Positions 28,357 through 38,617 of a stretch of 64,000 nucleotides of DNA are shown here, piece after piece. The notes beneath the pieces are model-generated. The model was not told the DNA's origin, searched no databases, and saw only the letters and a list, made by a program, of their open reading frames with translations. Positions within the stretch are counted from its first letter, which is position 1. Each line of letters opens with the position of its first letter. Source of the stretch: an uncultured SAR86 cluster bacterium (GTDB taxonomy: Bacteria > Pseudomonadota > Gammaproteobacteria > Magnimaribacterales > D2472); the NCBI GenBank assembly GCA_902628085.1, contig CACOLO010000001.1, positions 153,403 to 217,402 of the forward strand, given 5' to 3'. Both the position numbers and the translations under genes were made by a program.

Positions 28357-29058
28357 ATGAAGTTTCCATTTTTATTAACAACTATAATTTTGAGCTTAAA
28401 TGTGTTTTCTGATGAGGTGAACGATCCTTTTGAGGATTTCAATAGAAAAACATTTGAATTTAATGAAAAGTTAGATGAAAAAATAGCAAAACCAGTTGCT
28501 GAAAAATATGCAAAACTTCCACCTAAAATAAAAATTGGAATTTCTAATTTTTTTAATAATCTTGAAGAGGTTGAAACATTTGTAAATCAAATACTTCAAG
28601 GTAAACCAAAAAAATCAATTAATGATCTTACAAGATTTGTAATAAACACAACTATTGGCATAGGCGGCTTTATAGATGTTGCATCTAAAATTGGCCTTGA
28701 AAGACATGAAGAGGATTTTGGTCAAACTTTAGCTGTTTGGGGAGTTGGACAAGGGCCCTATATAATGCTGCCTGTTCTTGGTCCTTCAACACTTCGCGAT
28801 ACTTTTGGCCGTCCAGTTTCCTCATATTTATCTGTAACATTTCATATGACGGAAACTGATGTAAATATTGCTTTAAAGGGTATTGATGCTATTGAAACAA
28901 GAGAAAAACTTTTGGGTATTGAAACACTCCTTTCTGGAGACAAATACTCTTTTGTAAAAGATGCATATATCCAATCAATCTATTATGAGATCAAAGATGG
29001 TATTGATGTTGAGGATGAATTTATTGACGATATGGATGATTTTTTAATAGACGAGTAG
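28357..29058 (+). CDS. mlaA: MlaA/VacJ family lipoprotein
   Basis: DPFEDFNRKTFEFNEKLD and the following conserved core. I start at ATG 28357 (MKFPFLL signal peptide) rather than the listed 28303, which overlaps mrp. Confidence 0.8.
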   Translation: MKFPFLLTTIILSLNVFSDEVNDPFEDFNRKTFEFNEKLDEKIAKPVAEKYAKLPPKIKIGISNFFNNLEEVETFVNQILQGKPKKSINDLTRFVINTTIGIGGFIDVASKIGLERHEEDFGQTLAVWGVGQGPYIMLPVLGPSTLRDTFGRPVSSYLSVTFHMTETDVNIALKGIDAIETREKLLGIETLLSGDKYSFVKDAYIQSIYYEIKDGIDVEDEFIDDMDDFLIDE

Positions 29059-30015
29059 ATCCTCAAGATCATTTCTAACACTTGTTACTTCGTTATTTTT
29101 CATGGCTTCAATTATTTTTAATCTAAAGCTTTTAGCATTCTTGTCACCTTTCGAAAGACCAAATAAATGTTTGAGCATTTTTGATAGGTTATGACCTTCA
29201 GATACTTTTATTTCAACATAGTCTAAATATTTATTAAGTATTTCCTTTTTTGATTTAACTAAAGGTTCTTCGTTGAATATAATCTTTTCGATATCTTTTA
29301 ACATAAACGGGTTGTCATATGCTGATCTACCGATCATAACTCCATCAACATACTTTAGATGCATTTGCGATTGTTCAAGATTCTTAATACCACCATTGAT
29401 AACAATATCTAATTCAGGAAAATCTTGTTTGAGCTTATACACATAATCATATTTAAGCGGGGGGATATTTCTATTTTGTCTTGGACTAAGACCTTTCAAG
29501 ATTCCATTTCGAGCATGAATGATAAAAGTTTTAATTCCTGATTTTTTTACTGTAGAAATAAAGTTATGAATAAACTCATAAGATTCATGATGATCAACGC
29601 CTAATCTACATTTTATTGTAACCGGGATCTTTACTGCATTTTGCATCTCAGCTAAGCAATTGGCAACATGTTCAGGTTCCAGCATTAAACATGCACCAAA
29701 TCTACCTTTTTGAACTCTGTCTGATGGACAGCCGCAATTCAGATTAATTTCATCATAACCATATTCTTCACATTTTTTTGAGCACTCAATGAGATCATTA
29801 ATGTTTGAACCTCCTAATTGGACACCTACTGGGTGTTCCTCATTATTAAATTCAAGCTGTTCAAAACATTTTCCATGGACTAAAGAACCTGTAGCAATCA
29901 TTTCTGTGTAAAGAAAAACTTTTTTTGATATCAACCTCAATAGATATCTGTCATGCATATCTGTATATTGCATCATTGGAGCAATGCAAAGTTTATGACA
30001 CTGTTCTCTTGGCAT
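29044..30015 (-). CDS. dusA: tRNA-dihydrouridine synthase A
   Basis: CIAPMMQYTD and NLNCGCPS motifs; 323 aa. Confidence 0.85.
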   Translation of the reverse strand: MPREQCHKLCIAPMMQYTDMHDRYLLRLISKKVFLYTEMIATGSLVHGKCFEQLEFNNEEHPVGVQLGGSNINDLIECSKKCEEYGYDEINLNCGCPSDRVQKGRFGACLMLEPEHVANCLAEMQNAVKIPVTIKCRLGVDHHESYEFIHNFISTVKKSGIKTFIIHARNGILKGLSPRQNRNIPPLKYDYVYKLKQDFPELDIVINGGIKNLEQSQMHLKYVDGVMIGRSAYDNPFMLKDIEKIIFNEEPLVKSKKEILNKYLDYVEIKVSEGHNLSKMLKHLFGLSKGDKNAKSFRLKIIEAMKNNEVTSVRNDLEDLLVY

Positions 30016-31520
30016 TAAAGGATGTTAGCAATAGAGATATAACCTACAATTGAAAGGATAATCGTATATGGGAGTGCCATATATACCATTCTTAAGTACG
30101 ATAAATTAATTAATGGAGCAAGGGCAGAAGTAAGCAAGAAAAGAAATGCAGCTTGACCATTTGGTGTAGCTATACTTGGAATATTAGTACCAACATTAAT
30201 AGCAATTGCTAAATTATTAAATTGATCTGTTCCAACTGGAATTTTTTCTGCAACTTGACCAATATAAATTGTTGCAACAAATACGTTATCACTTACAGCA
30301 GATAAGAAACCATTAGCTACGTAAAATAAAGATGGTTGAACAGCTTCAGGTTGAGCCAATACATATAAGATAACTGGTTCAAAAAGTTTTTGATCATAAA
30401 TAACACTTACGATTGCAAAGAATACAGCTAAAAGAGCAGTAAAAGGAAGAGCTTCGTGAAATGCTTCACCTAATTTATGTTCGTGAGTTATTCCTTTAAA
30501 TGCAGTAAGAAGCACCATTACACTTAAACCAATTAAACCAACAGCTGCAATGCTAAAGGCAAGAGCAAAAACAAGAAAAACCAAAACAACTGACTCAATT
30601 AATAATTCAGCTTTGTCTTTTGTCGTAATATTATCTTCTCTGTATTTTGAATAATCATTGAAAACATTTCTGACATTTGATGGTAATTGATTACCAAAAC
30701 CAGCAATTGAAAATTTTTCAACTAATATGCAGGTTAATAATCCAGTAATTAAGATAGGCATTGTAATTGGAGCCATTTGGATAAAAAATTCCATGAAATC
30801 CCATCCAGCTTTACCAGCAATCAGTAAGTTTTGTGGCTCACCAACAGTTGTACATACACCTCCAAGAGCGGTACCAACCGCACCATGCATTACAAGATCT
30901 CTTAAAAAACCTTTGAAGTCTTCAAGCTCACTTGCGTTAAGACTATTAATATTTGAGTTATCTTTATAGTTATGATCTTGATCAGTGAAGCTGTTTCCAG
31001 ACACTACGGCATGATAAATTCTATAGAAACCTATCATTACACCAATAAGAACAGCAGTAACAGTTAACGCGTCCAGGAATGCAGATAATACAGCTGCGGA
31101 GATACAGAACAAAAATGATAATAATGTTTTAGATCTAATACTAAGTAATAATTTTGTAAATATTGTTAACATCAAATTTTTCATAAAATATATACCAGCA
31201 ACCATAAAGACTAATAACAAGATCACTTTTAAATTCTGTTGAATTTCGTAATAGACGGTATCTGTTGATGTAAGCCCAAGTATAAGTGCTTCTATTGCTA
31301 GTAGACCACCCGGTTGGAGTGGATAACATTTTAAGGCCATTGCTAATGTAAAAATAAATTGAAGCAAAAGAATCCATCCCAAAACAAATCCTGCATTGCC
31401 TGGCGATGTTATATTTAATATTAACAATAATAATGGATTAAATATGAGGAACCCTATTATGGTAGACTTATACCAACCGGGAGCATCACCAAGAAATAGT
31501 TTTTGAATTTCATTTAACAT
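30015..31520 (-). CDS. nhaB: Na+/H+ antiporter NhaB
   Basis: 501-aa polytopic protein with an N-terminus ([21 protein letters not shown]) like NhaB. Confidence 0.85.
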   Translation of the reverse strand: MLNEIQKLFLGDAPGWYKSTIIGFLIFNPLLLLILNITSPGNAGFVLGWILLLQFIFTLAMALKCYPLQPGGLLAIEALILGLTSTDTVYYEIQQNLKVILLLVFMVAGIYFMKNLMLTIFTKLLLSIRSKTLLSFLFCISAAVLSAFLDALTVTAVLIGVMIGFYRIYHAVVSGNSFTDQDHNYKDNSNINSLNASELEDFKGFLRDLVMHGAVGTALGGVCTTVGEPQNLLIAGKAGWDFMEFFIQMAPITMPILITGLLTCILVEKFSIAGFGNQLPSNVRNVFNDYSKYREDNITTKDKAELLIESVVLVFLVFALAFSIAAVGLIGLSVMVLLTAFKGITHEHKLGEAFHEALPFTALLAVFFAIVSVIYDQKLFEPVILYVLAQPEAVQPSLFYVANGFLSAVSDNVFVATIYIGQVAEKIPVGTDQFNNLAIAINVGTNIPSIATPNGQAAFLFLLTSALAPLINLSYLRMVYMALPYTIILSIVGYISIANIL

Positions 31521-31542
31521 TTTTTTTACAATTTGAATTTAT

Positions 31543-32355
31543 ATGCATTTTAAAAGATTTTTTGACATTAAGGGCACAAATAATAATATTTTAATTATTT
31601 TTAAAAATAATAAAATTTTATATGAGCCAAATTTAAAAACATTTTTACTAGAAGAAAATCTATTAGATATTAATCTTAAAGATCATTTATTTGTTGGTAT
31701 TGCTAATGATGGTAAAGACATTTACGCAGTTGATGCTTCAAATTCTACAAATGATTTCAATATAGGTTATGAATCTCTTATTGAGTATGATTTAAGGCAT
31801 TTATTAGCAATATCTCAACCAAATGATATTGTACTAATGGGAAGAGCAAATCAATTACTTCATTGGGTAAGAAGCAATAAATATTCAGGATATTCAGGCA
31901 AATTAAATAGATTTAATGAAAAAGAACAAGCAATGTATTGTACAGCAACCTCGTCAATGATTTATCCACAAATATCTCCATGTGTCTTGGCAATGATTAT
32001 TAAAGGGGACGAAATCTTATTAGCTAGAAATAACTTATTTCCAGAAGGTCTTTTTAGTGTATTAGCTGGATTTGTTGAGGTTTCTGAATCAGCTGAGGAA
32101 ACAGTTGAAAGAGAGGTTATGGAAGAGGTTGGAATAAAGGTTAAAAATATTGAATACGTTGGAAGTCAACCTTGGCCTTTTCCATCACAGTTGATGCTTG
32201 GATACAAGTGCGAATATGAATCTGGTGAAATAGTTATTGATGAGAATGAAATTGTAGAGGCAAACTGGTATAAAGTGGATAATTTACCCTATGTTCCTCC
32301 AACAACAAGCTTATCCGGTAAGTTAATTAACTTGTTTGTCGAGGATCATTCTTAG
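31543..32355 (+). CDS. nudC: NADH pyrophosphatase-like Nudix hydrolase
   Basis: Nudix box GFVEVSESAEETVEREVMEEVGI and a downstream SQPWPFPSQLM (NudC-type) motif. The zinc-ribbon cysteines appear incomplete. Confidence 0.7.
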   Translation: MHFKRFFDIKGTNNNILIIFKNNKILYEPNLKTFLLEENLLDINLKDHLFVGIANDGKDIYAVDASNSTNDFNIGYESLIEYDLRHLLAISQPNDIVLMGRANQLLHWVRSNKYSGYSGKLNRFNEKEQAMYCTATSSMIYPQISPCVLAMIIKGDEILLARNNLFPEGLFSVLAGFVEVSESAEETVEREVMEEVGIKVKNIEYVGSQPWPFPSQLMLGYKCEYESGEIVIDENEIVEANWYKVDNLPYVPPTTSLSGKLINLFVEDHS

Positions 32356-34327
32356 CCCTTGTAGGAATCTCTTTTTTTACCTTTTTTTCTTTAACTATTT
32401 CTTTAATTGGAGATTTTTTCTTGTCATCAACATTGAGTTGTTCATTATTTTTCTTTACTGGCTTAGTATTTTTTATATCCTTTGAAACATTTTTATTATC
32501 ATTTTTATTAAAATCTTTTTGTTTTGATTTTTTCTGATTTATTCGTTTCTTAGAGATAGGTTTTTTATTAGGTTTTGTTTTAACGTTCTCATTATTTTTT
32601 TGATAATTTTTTCTAGCTTTACTATTATTTTTTTGTTTATTTTGAGGTTTTCTTCTTGACCTTCTTTTTATTGATTTCTTTTTTGATGTTTTTTCATCAA
32701 CCTCGATGCCAGTGATTGTTTTTAACCACTTAACAATTCCAGCCTTTCTTCTTTTAGGCATTTTTGGTGGCTTTACACCATCTACTAGTGGTTTAACATT
32801 CTTTGATGAATTTTTATTGTCTCTCCAATTTGTATCAGGTTCTGGACTAGAAGGAGTTAATGAATATGAACTAATGTCCTTAACATCAGACTTTTTAACT
32901 CTTACAACCTTGTAATAAGGTCTTGTTTTATATGGATCAGCAATTATTAAAACTTTAATGTTATTGGTTTTTTCTATGTTAATAATGTCATATCTTTTTT
33001 CATTTAATAGATAACTTGCTACATCAGCAGGAACATAAACTTGTATTTCACCAGTATTATCTTTAGCAGCATCCTCACCTACAATTCTTAGTATTGATTG
33101 ACCTAGAGACCTTGGTCCTCTGACTAAAACATGTTCAATATCATATGACTCGTTTAAAGATGGTCTTAATCTTTGTCTAGACACTTCAAGAAGACCAAAT
33201 CTGGATATACCAGAAAATTGAACTCTTGCTCTATCAGAATAAACTGCTTTTCTAAAGGCTGACTCAACCTTATTTTGATTATCTTCATCAGTCATATCTA
33301 TAAAATCAATTACTACAAGTCCACCAACATCTCTTAATCTCAACTGACGAGCAATCTCGCCAGCTGCCTCTAAATTTGTTTTAAAAGCAGTTTCTTCAAT
33401 ATCTTTTCCTTTTGTTGACCTTGCTGAGTTTACATCTATTGTTGTCATCGCCTCTGTAGGATCAATAACAATTGATCCGCCAGAGTTAAGTGAGATTTCT
33501 CTTTGAAATGCCAACTCAATTTGAGATTCAATTTGATATCTGTTGAAGAGAGGTATATCTTCATCATAGAATTTCACCTTATCTGAATGATCAGGGATAA
33601 CAGCTTCAATAAATTCTTTTGCTTCAGTAAATATATCTTTGTCATCTATTAATATTTCTTCAATATCTTCTTTGAAGTAATCTCTAACAACTCTAACAAT
33701 CAATTTATCATCTCTAAAAATTAATGATGGAGATGTTGCATTTGGAGTTGTATTGTTTATTTCCTCCCATAAGGCAAGCAAATACGATAGATCAAGACTT
33801 AATTCTTCAACTGTTCTACCAAGTCCGTTTGTTCGAACAATTGCGCTCATATTCTCAGGAATGTTTAATTTTTCTAGTGCAGCTTTTATTTGATCTCTTT
33901 CATCACCACTTATTCTTCTTGAAATACCACCTGATCTAGTTGAATTTGGAATTAAGACTAAGAATCTTCCGGCGAGACCAATTTGTGTTGTTAAAGCAGC
34001 TCCTTTAGTTCCTCTTTCTTCTTTTGTTACTTGAACAATAATTTCTTGACCTTCTTCTAAAGTACAAACATATTTTCCTTTCTTATCCTTTTTATAAAAT
34101 TCTTTTGAAAGGTCTTTGAGAGGTAAAAATCCATGCCTATCAGAGCCAAAATTTACAAAAGCAGCATCTAGACTTGATTCAATGCGTGATACGGTAGCTT
34201 TATAAATACTACCTTTTAAAAGAGTTCTTTCAGGCGATTCTGTATCGAAATCATAAAGTTTAGCTCCGTCGACTAGAGCAACTCTCAGTTCATCTCCATA
34301 AGATGAATTAATTAAAATTCTTTTCAT
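32327..34327 (-). CDS. rne: Ribonuclease E
   Basis: S1 domain (GSIYKATVSRIESSLDAAFVNFG), catalytic IDVNSARSTKG block, and a Lys/Asn-rich C-terminal tail. Divergent from rluC, as in E. coli. Confidence 0.9.
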   Translation of the reverse strand: MKRILINSSYGDELRVALVDGAKLYDFDTESPERTLLKGSIYKATVSRIESSLDAAFVNFGSDRHGFLPLKDLSKEFYKKDKKGKYVCTLEEGQEIIVQVTKEERGTKGAALTTQIGLAGRFLVLIPNSTRSGGISRRISGDERDQIKAALEKLNIPENMSAIVRTNGLGRTVEELSLDLSYLLALWEEINNTTPNATSPSLIFRDDKLIVRVVRDYFKEDIEEILIDDKDIFTEAKEFIEAVIPDHSDKVKFYDEDIPLFNRYQIESQIELAFQREISLNSGGSIVIDPTEAMTTIDVNSARSTKGKDIEETAFKTNLEAAGEIARQLRLRDVGGLVVIDFIDMTDEDNQNKVESAFRKAVYSDRARVQFSGISRFGLLEVSRQRLRPSLNESYDIEHVLVRGPRSLGQSILRIVGEDAAKDNTGEIQVYVPADVASYLLNEKRYDIINIEKTNNIKVLIIADPYKTRPYYKVVRVKKSDVKDISSYSLTPSSPEPDTNWRDNKNSSKNVKPLVDGVKPPKMPKRRKAGIVKWLKTITGIEVDEKTSKKKSIKRRSRRKPQNKQKNNSKARKNYQKNNENVKTKPNKKPISKKRINQKKSKQKDFNKNDNKNVSKDIKNTKPVKKNNEQLNVDDKKKSPIKEIVKEKKVKKEIPTRAKNDPRQTS

Positions 34328-34521
34328 TTTTTTCTCCCTATTATTAGGAAGATAATTCAGCAGTACGCTATTTTAAGCTTTAATCATCAAGTCTTATGTA
34401 TATTTGCTTAACGATTGACTCCAGTAGGAGCCGTAATTAGTAACTGTTGTATTTATCTTACTTTTATATTTATTTACTAGTTTTACTAGTTATTTAAAGT
34501 CATATCCTATAGATTTATCAA

Positions 34522-35406
34522 ATGTCTGTCAAAATTGTTGAGGTTGATGTTGATAATGAAGGTAGGAGACTAGATAACTACTTAATATCTTATTTAAAAG
34601 ATATTCCTAAAAGCAAAATATACAAAATCATAAGAAAAGGTGAAATTAGAGTAAATTCATCAAGAGCTAAACCTGATAGAAAGATCAAGAATGGAGATCT
34701 GATACGAATACCACCAAACTTAAATATTACGAAAACATCAATAAAATCAATACATATAAAACAACTTGAAAATTTAAAAGAAAAAATTATATACGAAGAT
34801 AAAAATTATATTGTAATCAATAAAGACGCAGGTATAGCTGTACATGGCGGTTCAAAAAACTACATAGGCATTATTGATATTGCTAGAAAAATATATGGAA
34901 GAAACATAGATTTATGTCATAGGTTAGATAAGAATACTTCTGGTTGTTTGGTTTTAGCAAAAAATAAACAATCAGCAAAACATTTTAATAATTTAATAAA
35001 AAATAGATTAGTACAAAAGACATATGTGTGTGTTTTAAAGGGCAATATTAGAAAATCTATTGTTGTCAATCGCCCTGTTTATAAAACTAAAAACTCAAAG
35101 TCAAAAGATGCACATTCAAAATTTGAGAAAATAAAGAATTTAAAAGGTTTTTCTGTTGTTAAAGTTAAAATCTTTACGGGTCGGACTCATCAAATCAGGA
35201 TTCATGCAGCAATGATTGGTCATCCGATTATTTTTGATAACAAATATGGTGATAGAGTACTTAACAACAATCTTGATAATAAATTGAAAAGAAGAATAGC
35301 TTTACATTCTCATCATGTGAGATTCAAAGATCAAGACTCAAAAATAATTGATATTAAGTGTAAAAATCCACTTGATATTGATATTCTCATCAAATCTTTG
35401 CATTAG
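34522..35406 (+). CDS. rluC: 23S rRNA pseudouridine synthase (RluC-like)
   Basis: N-terminal S4 domain, HRLDKNTSG catalytic motif, GRTHQIRIH. Confidence 0.8.
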   Translation: MSVKIVEVDVDNEGRRLDNYLISYLKDIPKSKIYKIIRKGEIRVNSSRAKPDRKIKNGDLIRIPPNLNITKTSIKSIHIKQLENLKEKIIYEDKNYIVINKDAGIAVHGGSKNYIGIIDIARKIYGRNIDLCHRLDKNTSGCLVLAKNKQSAKHFNNLIKNRLVQKTYVCVLKGNIRKSIVVNRPVYKTKNSKSKDAHSKFEKIKNLKGFSVVKVKIFTGRTHQIRIHAAMIGHPIIFDNKYGDRVLNNNLDNKLKRRIALHSHHVRFKDQDSKIIDIKCKNPLDIDILIKSLH

Positions 35407-35461
35407 TTTTGTTTGAATATTTATTTAATTTTGATAGGATACGCTTTTTTAGGGCTTAATT

Positions 35462-35671
35462 ATGGCAGTACAGAAAAGTAAAGTTACCAGATCTAGAAGG
35501 GGTCAAAGAAGATCTCATGATGCTTTAAAATCAAAAACTCTATCTGTTGATCCGGTCTCTGGAGAGAAACATTTAAGACATCAGATGACCAAAGATGGTT
35601 TTTATAAAGGTAGGCTTGTAAAAGATTTAAGAAAACCTATTAAAGAAGAGACAGAAGAAGTAACATCTTAG
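35462..35671 (+). CDS. rpmF: 50S ribosomal protein L32
   Basis: [23 protein letters not shown]. Confidence 0.95.
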   Translation: MAVQKSKVTRSRRGQRRSHDALKSKTLSVDPVSGEKHLRHQMTKDGFYKGRLVKDLRKPIKEETEEVTS

Positions 35672-35673
35672 TT

Positions 35674-36594
35674 ATGCCTAGGCATATCAGTTTTGTTTTC
35701 CCAGGACAAGGTTCTCAATTTGTTGGGATGCTTGATAACATAGATAGCTCGTTAATAGCCACCATTAAAGAAGATTTAGCAAATCAATTTGATTTTGATC
35801 TAATCGATATTATTAATAATGGTCCTGAAGAAGTCTTAAATAAGACATCTATCACTCAACCTGCAATTCTTTTAGCGTCGTGTTTAGCATATAAACAATT
35901 ACAACTTGAGATGGATATTAAGCCTGATCTAATGTGTGGTCATTCTCTTGGTGAATTCTCAGCACTTGTTGCAAGTGAATCAATAGATTTAGTTAATGCG
36001 CTTAAATTGGTACATAAAAGAGGTATTTTTATGGAAAACTGTGTGAATGGTTCTATGTATGCAATTTTGAATGCTAATTTTGATGATATTTTGAGAGTCT
36101 GTAATGAAGTTGAAAATAGTTTAGGTCAAATAGTATCACCCGCTAACATAAATGCGCCGAATCAAGTTGTTATTGCTGGAGAGGTTGAATCCGTTGAAAG
36201 TGTTATTAAAAACTTGAATGATATGGGTGTTAAGAGATGCATAAAACTAAAAGTATCAGCTCCATCACATTGCAAATTAATGAATGATGCTGCAAAAAAA
36301 TTTGAAAGTCTTTTGCATGAAACTGAATTTAAAAATCCAAGCTGTCAGATTATTCATAATTACAATGCCAAAACTTCTTCTGATATTGACAATATGAGAA
36401 CTAATTTAGTAGAACAGTTAACAAACCCTGTTCAGTGGATAAAAACAATGAACAACTTAAAATCATTTGAAGGAATAATTATCGAATGTGGTCCAGGTAA
36501 GATTTTAAAAGGTCTAGGTAAGTCAAATGATATAAATGATATTATTTCAACATCAGAAAATGATCATGTTGAAAGAATAAAAGAAATGTTATGA
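35674..36594 (+). CDS. fabD: Malonyl CoA-ACP transacylase
   Basis: GQGSQ and GHSLGE motifs. Confidence 0.9.
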   Translation: MPRHISFVFPGQGSQFVGMLDNIDSSLIATIKEDLANQFDFDLIDIINNGPEEVLNKTSITQPAILLASCLAYKQLQLEMDIKPDLMCGHSLGEFSALVASESIDLVNALKLVHKRGIFMENCVNGSMYAILNANFDDILRVCNEVENSLGQIVSPANINAPNQVVIAGEVESVESVIKNLNDMGVKRCIKLKVSAPSHCKLMNDAAKKFESLLHETEFKNPSCQIIHNYNAKTSSDIDNMRTNLVEQLTNPVQWIKTMNNLKSFEGIIIECGPGKILKGLGKSNDINDIISTSENDHVERIKEML

Positions 36595-37304
36595 AAGAAA
36601 TTATATTTGTATCAGGTGCATCTAGAGGAATTGGGAACAGTATTGCAAAATATTTTGCTGAAAAAGGTCATACTGTTTTAGGTACATCAAGAAGTAAATT
36701 TAAATTTGATACACAGTCAGATAAATTAATACCTATACAATTAGACATAACCTCTAGAGAAGATGTAAAAAATTGTTTTAAATACCTCAAAGAACAGAAT
36801 CTACTTCCATCAGTTTTAGTTAATAATGCTGGCATTACATCAGATCAATTATTTTTAAGAATGAAAGATTCTGAATGGGATGATGTTTTATCAACAAACT
36901 TAACTGGTGTTTTTAACTTAACAAAAGTATTTATTAAACACATGATAAAAAACAAATATGGAAGAATCATTAATATTTCTTCAGTTTCAGGACTCATGGG
37001 TAACCCTGGCCAAGTTAACTATTCATCATCAAAAGCAGCGTTGAATGGATTTACTAAATCATTAGCAAAAGAGGTTGGTTCTAGAAATATTACTGTTAAC
37101 AATGTTGCGCCAGGATTTATTGAAACAGATATGACTTCATTTATTGATGCAGATAAAAAAGATGAAATTATTAATACAATTCCATTAGGAAGATTTGGTA
37201 ATGCGGATGATGTTTCAGAACTTGTTTATTTTTTATCATCAAATGAAGCTGCATATATAACAGGTCAAACTATATCCGTTGACGGTGGATTATTGATGAA
37301 TTAA
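36591..37304 (+). CDS. fabG: 3-oxoacyl-ACP reductase
   Basis: GASRGIG, NAG and YSSSKAA motifs. ATGA overlap with fabD. Confidence 0.9.
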   Translation: MKEIIFVSGASRGIGNSIAKYFAEKGHTVLGTSRSKFKFDTQSDKLIPIQLDITSREDVKNCFKYLKEQNLLPSVLVNNAGITSDQLFLRMKDSEWDDVLSTNLTGVFNLTKVFIKHMIKNKYGRIINISSVSGLMGNPGQVNYSSSKAALNGFTKSLAKEVGSRNITVNNVAPGFIETDMTSFIDADKKDEIINTIPLGRFGNADDVSELVYFLSSNEAAYITGQTISVDGGLLMN

Positions 37305-37370
37305 ATATGTGCATCTTTGAACTATTGCATGTAAAATGTGTCAAATCTCAATATAGGTAATGGAGTAATT

Positions 37371-37601
37371 ATGAGTGTTGAAGACAGAGTTAAGAAAATA
37401 GTTAGCGATCAACTAGGAAAATCTATGGACGAAATACAAAGTGATTCATCGTTTGTAGATGACTTAGGCGCTGATTCACTTGATACTGTAGAGCTTGTTA
37501 TGGCTTTAGAAGAAGAGTTTGATCTTGAAATTGCTGATGAGGATGCTGAGAAAATTTCTACCGTTAATGAAGCAGTTGAATATATAAATTCAAATTCATA
37601 A
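37371..37601 (+). CDS. acpP: Acyl carrier protein
   Basis: [12 protein letters not shown] phosphopantetheine site. ATG 37371 is preceded by GGAG. The listed GTG 37338 adds an unlikely 11-aa extension. Confidence 0.95.
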   Translation: MSVEDRVKKIVSDQLGKSMDEIQSDSSFVDDLGADSLDTVELVMALEEEFDLEIADEDAEKISTVNEAVEYINSNS

Positions 37602-37635
37602 CAAATTCTTCCGAATAGTTAATCAAAGCGTTTAA

Positions 37636-37663
37636 AATATTTACAGATTAATCTGTAAATATT
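37636..37663. repeat. Perfect 28-bp palindrome abutting the mltG start codon
   Basis: AATATTTACAGATT|AATCTGTAAATATT is followed directly by ATG 37664. Confidence 0.6.
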
Positions 37664-38617
37664 ATGAATTTGTTTAAATATACCGCTTTTATCTTAATAT
37701 CCCTTATTTCGGTATATGCTCCTTATGTTGCATATCTAAATCACTCACCAAATACAGTTATTGAAAATATAGATATTGAAATCGGTGAATCTATAAGTCA
37801 AGTTGCTTTTGAATTATCAGATCATAACTTCCTAGATAAACTATTTTTAAGATATTTTATTTTTTCAAATAAAATTGACTCATTTAAAGCTGGTGAATAT
37901 TCAATTAACAATAAGTCAATGAAAGAAATTTTTGTTGATTTTAGTTCTGGTAATACTGTCACACACAAACTAGTTATAAAAGAAGGTACTAATATTTATG
38001 AATTAAATGAGGTTATCAATCAATCTCAACTTAATAATGACTGTATTATGTTAAGTTGCATTCAATCAGACTTCGAATATCTAGAAGGAATTTTATATCC
38101 TGACACATATTTTTATAAAAAGGGTATGAAGGCATCTTCTATTTTAAATCTAAGCTACAACAGACTTAAATCTTCTTTAGATGAAATGCATTCGAGTTAT
38201 CCCAAAAACAACAACCTCAATAACAGTGAAATCTTGATTCTTGCGTCAATTGTTGAGAAAGAAGCTGGAAACGATCAAGAAAAAGATTTAATTGCTGGTG
38301 TTTTTTTAAATCGACTTAATTTAAATATGCGACTTCAAGCTGATCCAACAATAATATATGGGCTTCTTCCTAATTTTGATGGCGATATTAAAAAATCTGA
38401 TATTCTTGATAAGAATAACAAGTACAATACCTATATGATTAATGGACTGCCACCATCACCCATAGCTGTTTCTTCTCTTTCATCTATAAAATCTGTTTAT
38501 GAAGGTGTTCCAAGTGATTACTTGTTTTTTGTCGCTGATTCTAAGAATTCACACTATTTTTCTAAAACATATAAAGAACATTTGAACAAAATAAAAGAAC
38601 TTGGTCTTGATAAATGA
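37664..38617 (+). CDS. mltG: Endolytic murein transglycosylase MltG (YceG)
   Basis: N-terminal TM helix and a YceG-like domain (ASIVEKEA, LQADPTIIYG). Position before tmk, as in E. coli. Confidence 0.85.
   Translation: MNLFKYTAFILISLISVYAPYVAYLNHSPNTVIENIDIEIGESISQVAFELSDHNFLDKLFLRYFIFSNKIDSFKAGEYSINNKSMKEIFVDFSSGNTVTHKLVIKEGTNIYELNEVINQSQLNNDCIMLSCIQSDFEYLEGILYPDTYFYKKGMKASSILNLSYNRLKSSLDEMHSSYPKNNNLNNSEILILASIVEKEAGNDQEKDLIAGVFLNRLNLNMRLQADPTIIYGLLPNFDGDIKKSDILDKNNKYNTYMINGLPPSPIAVSSLSSIKSVYEGVPSDYLFFVADSKNSHYFSKTYKEHLNKIKELGLDK

Noticed and set aside
32400-32700. Possible tandem repeat or CRISPR-like periodicity in the poly-A/T-rich stretch
   Set aside because: It is the coding sequence of the Lys/Asn-rich RNase E tail. 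It is low-complexity rather than a repeat-spacer array, and I saw no CRISPR-like arrays anywhere in the window.
37338-37370. Listed GTG start extending acpP by 11 codons
   Set aside because: ATG 37371 is preceded by GGAG at proper spacing and gives the canonical ACP N-terminus ([11 protein letters not shown]).
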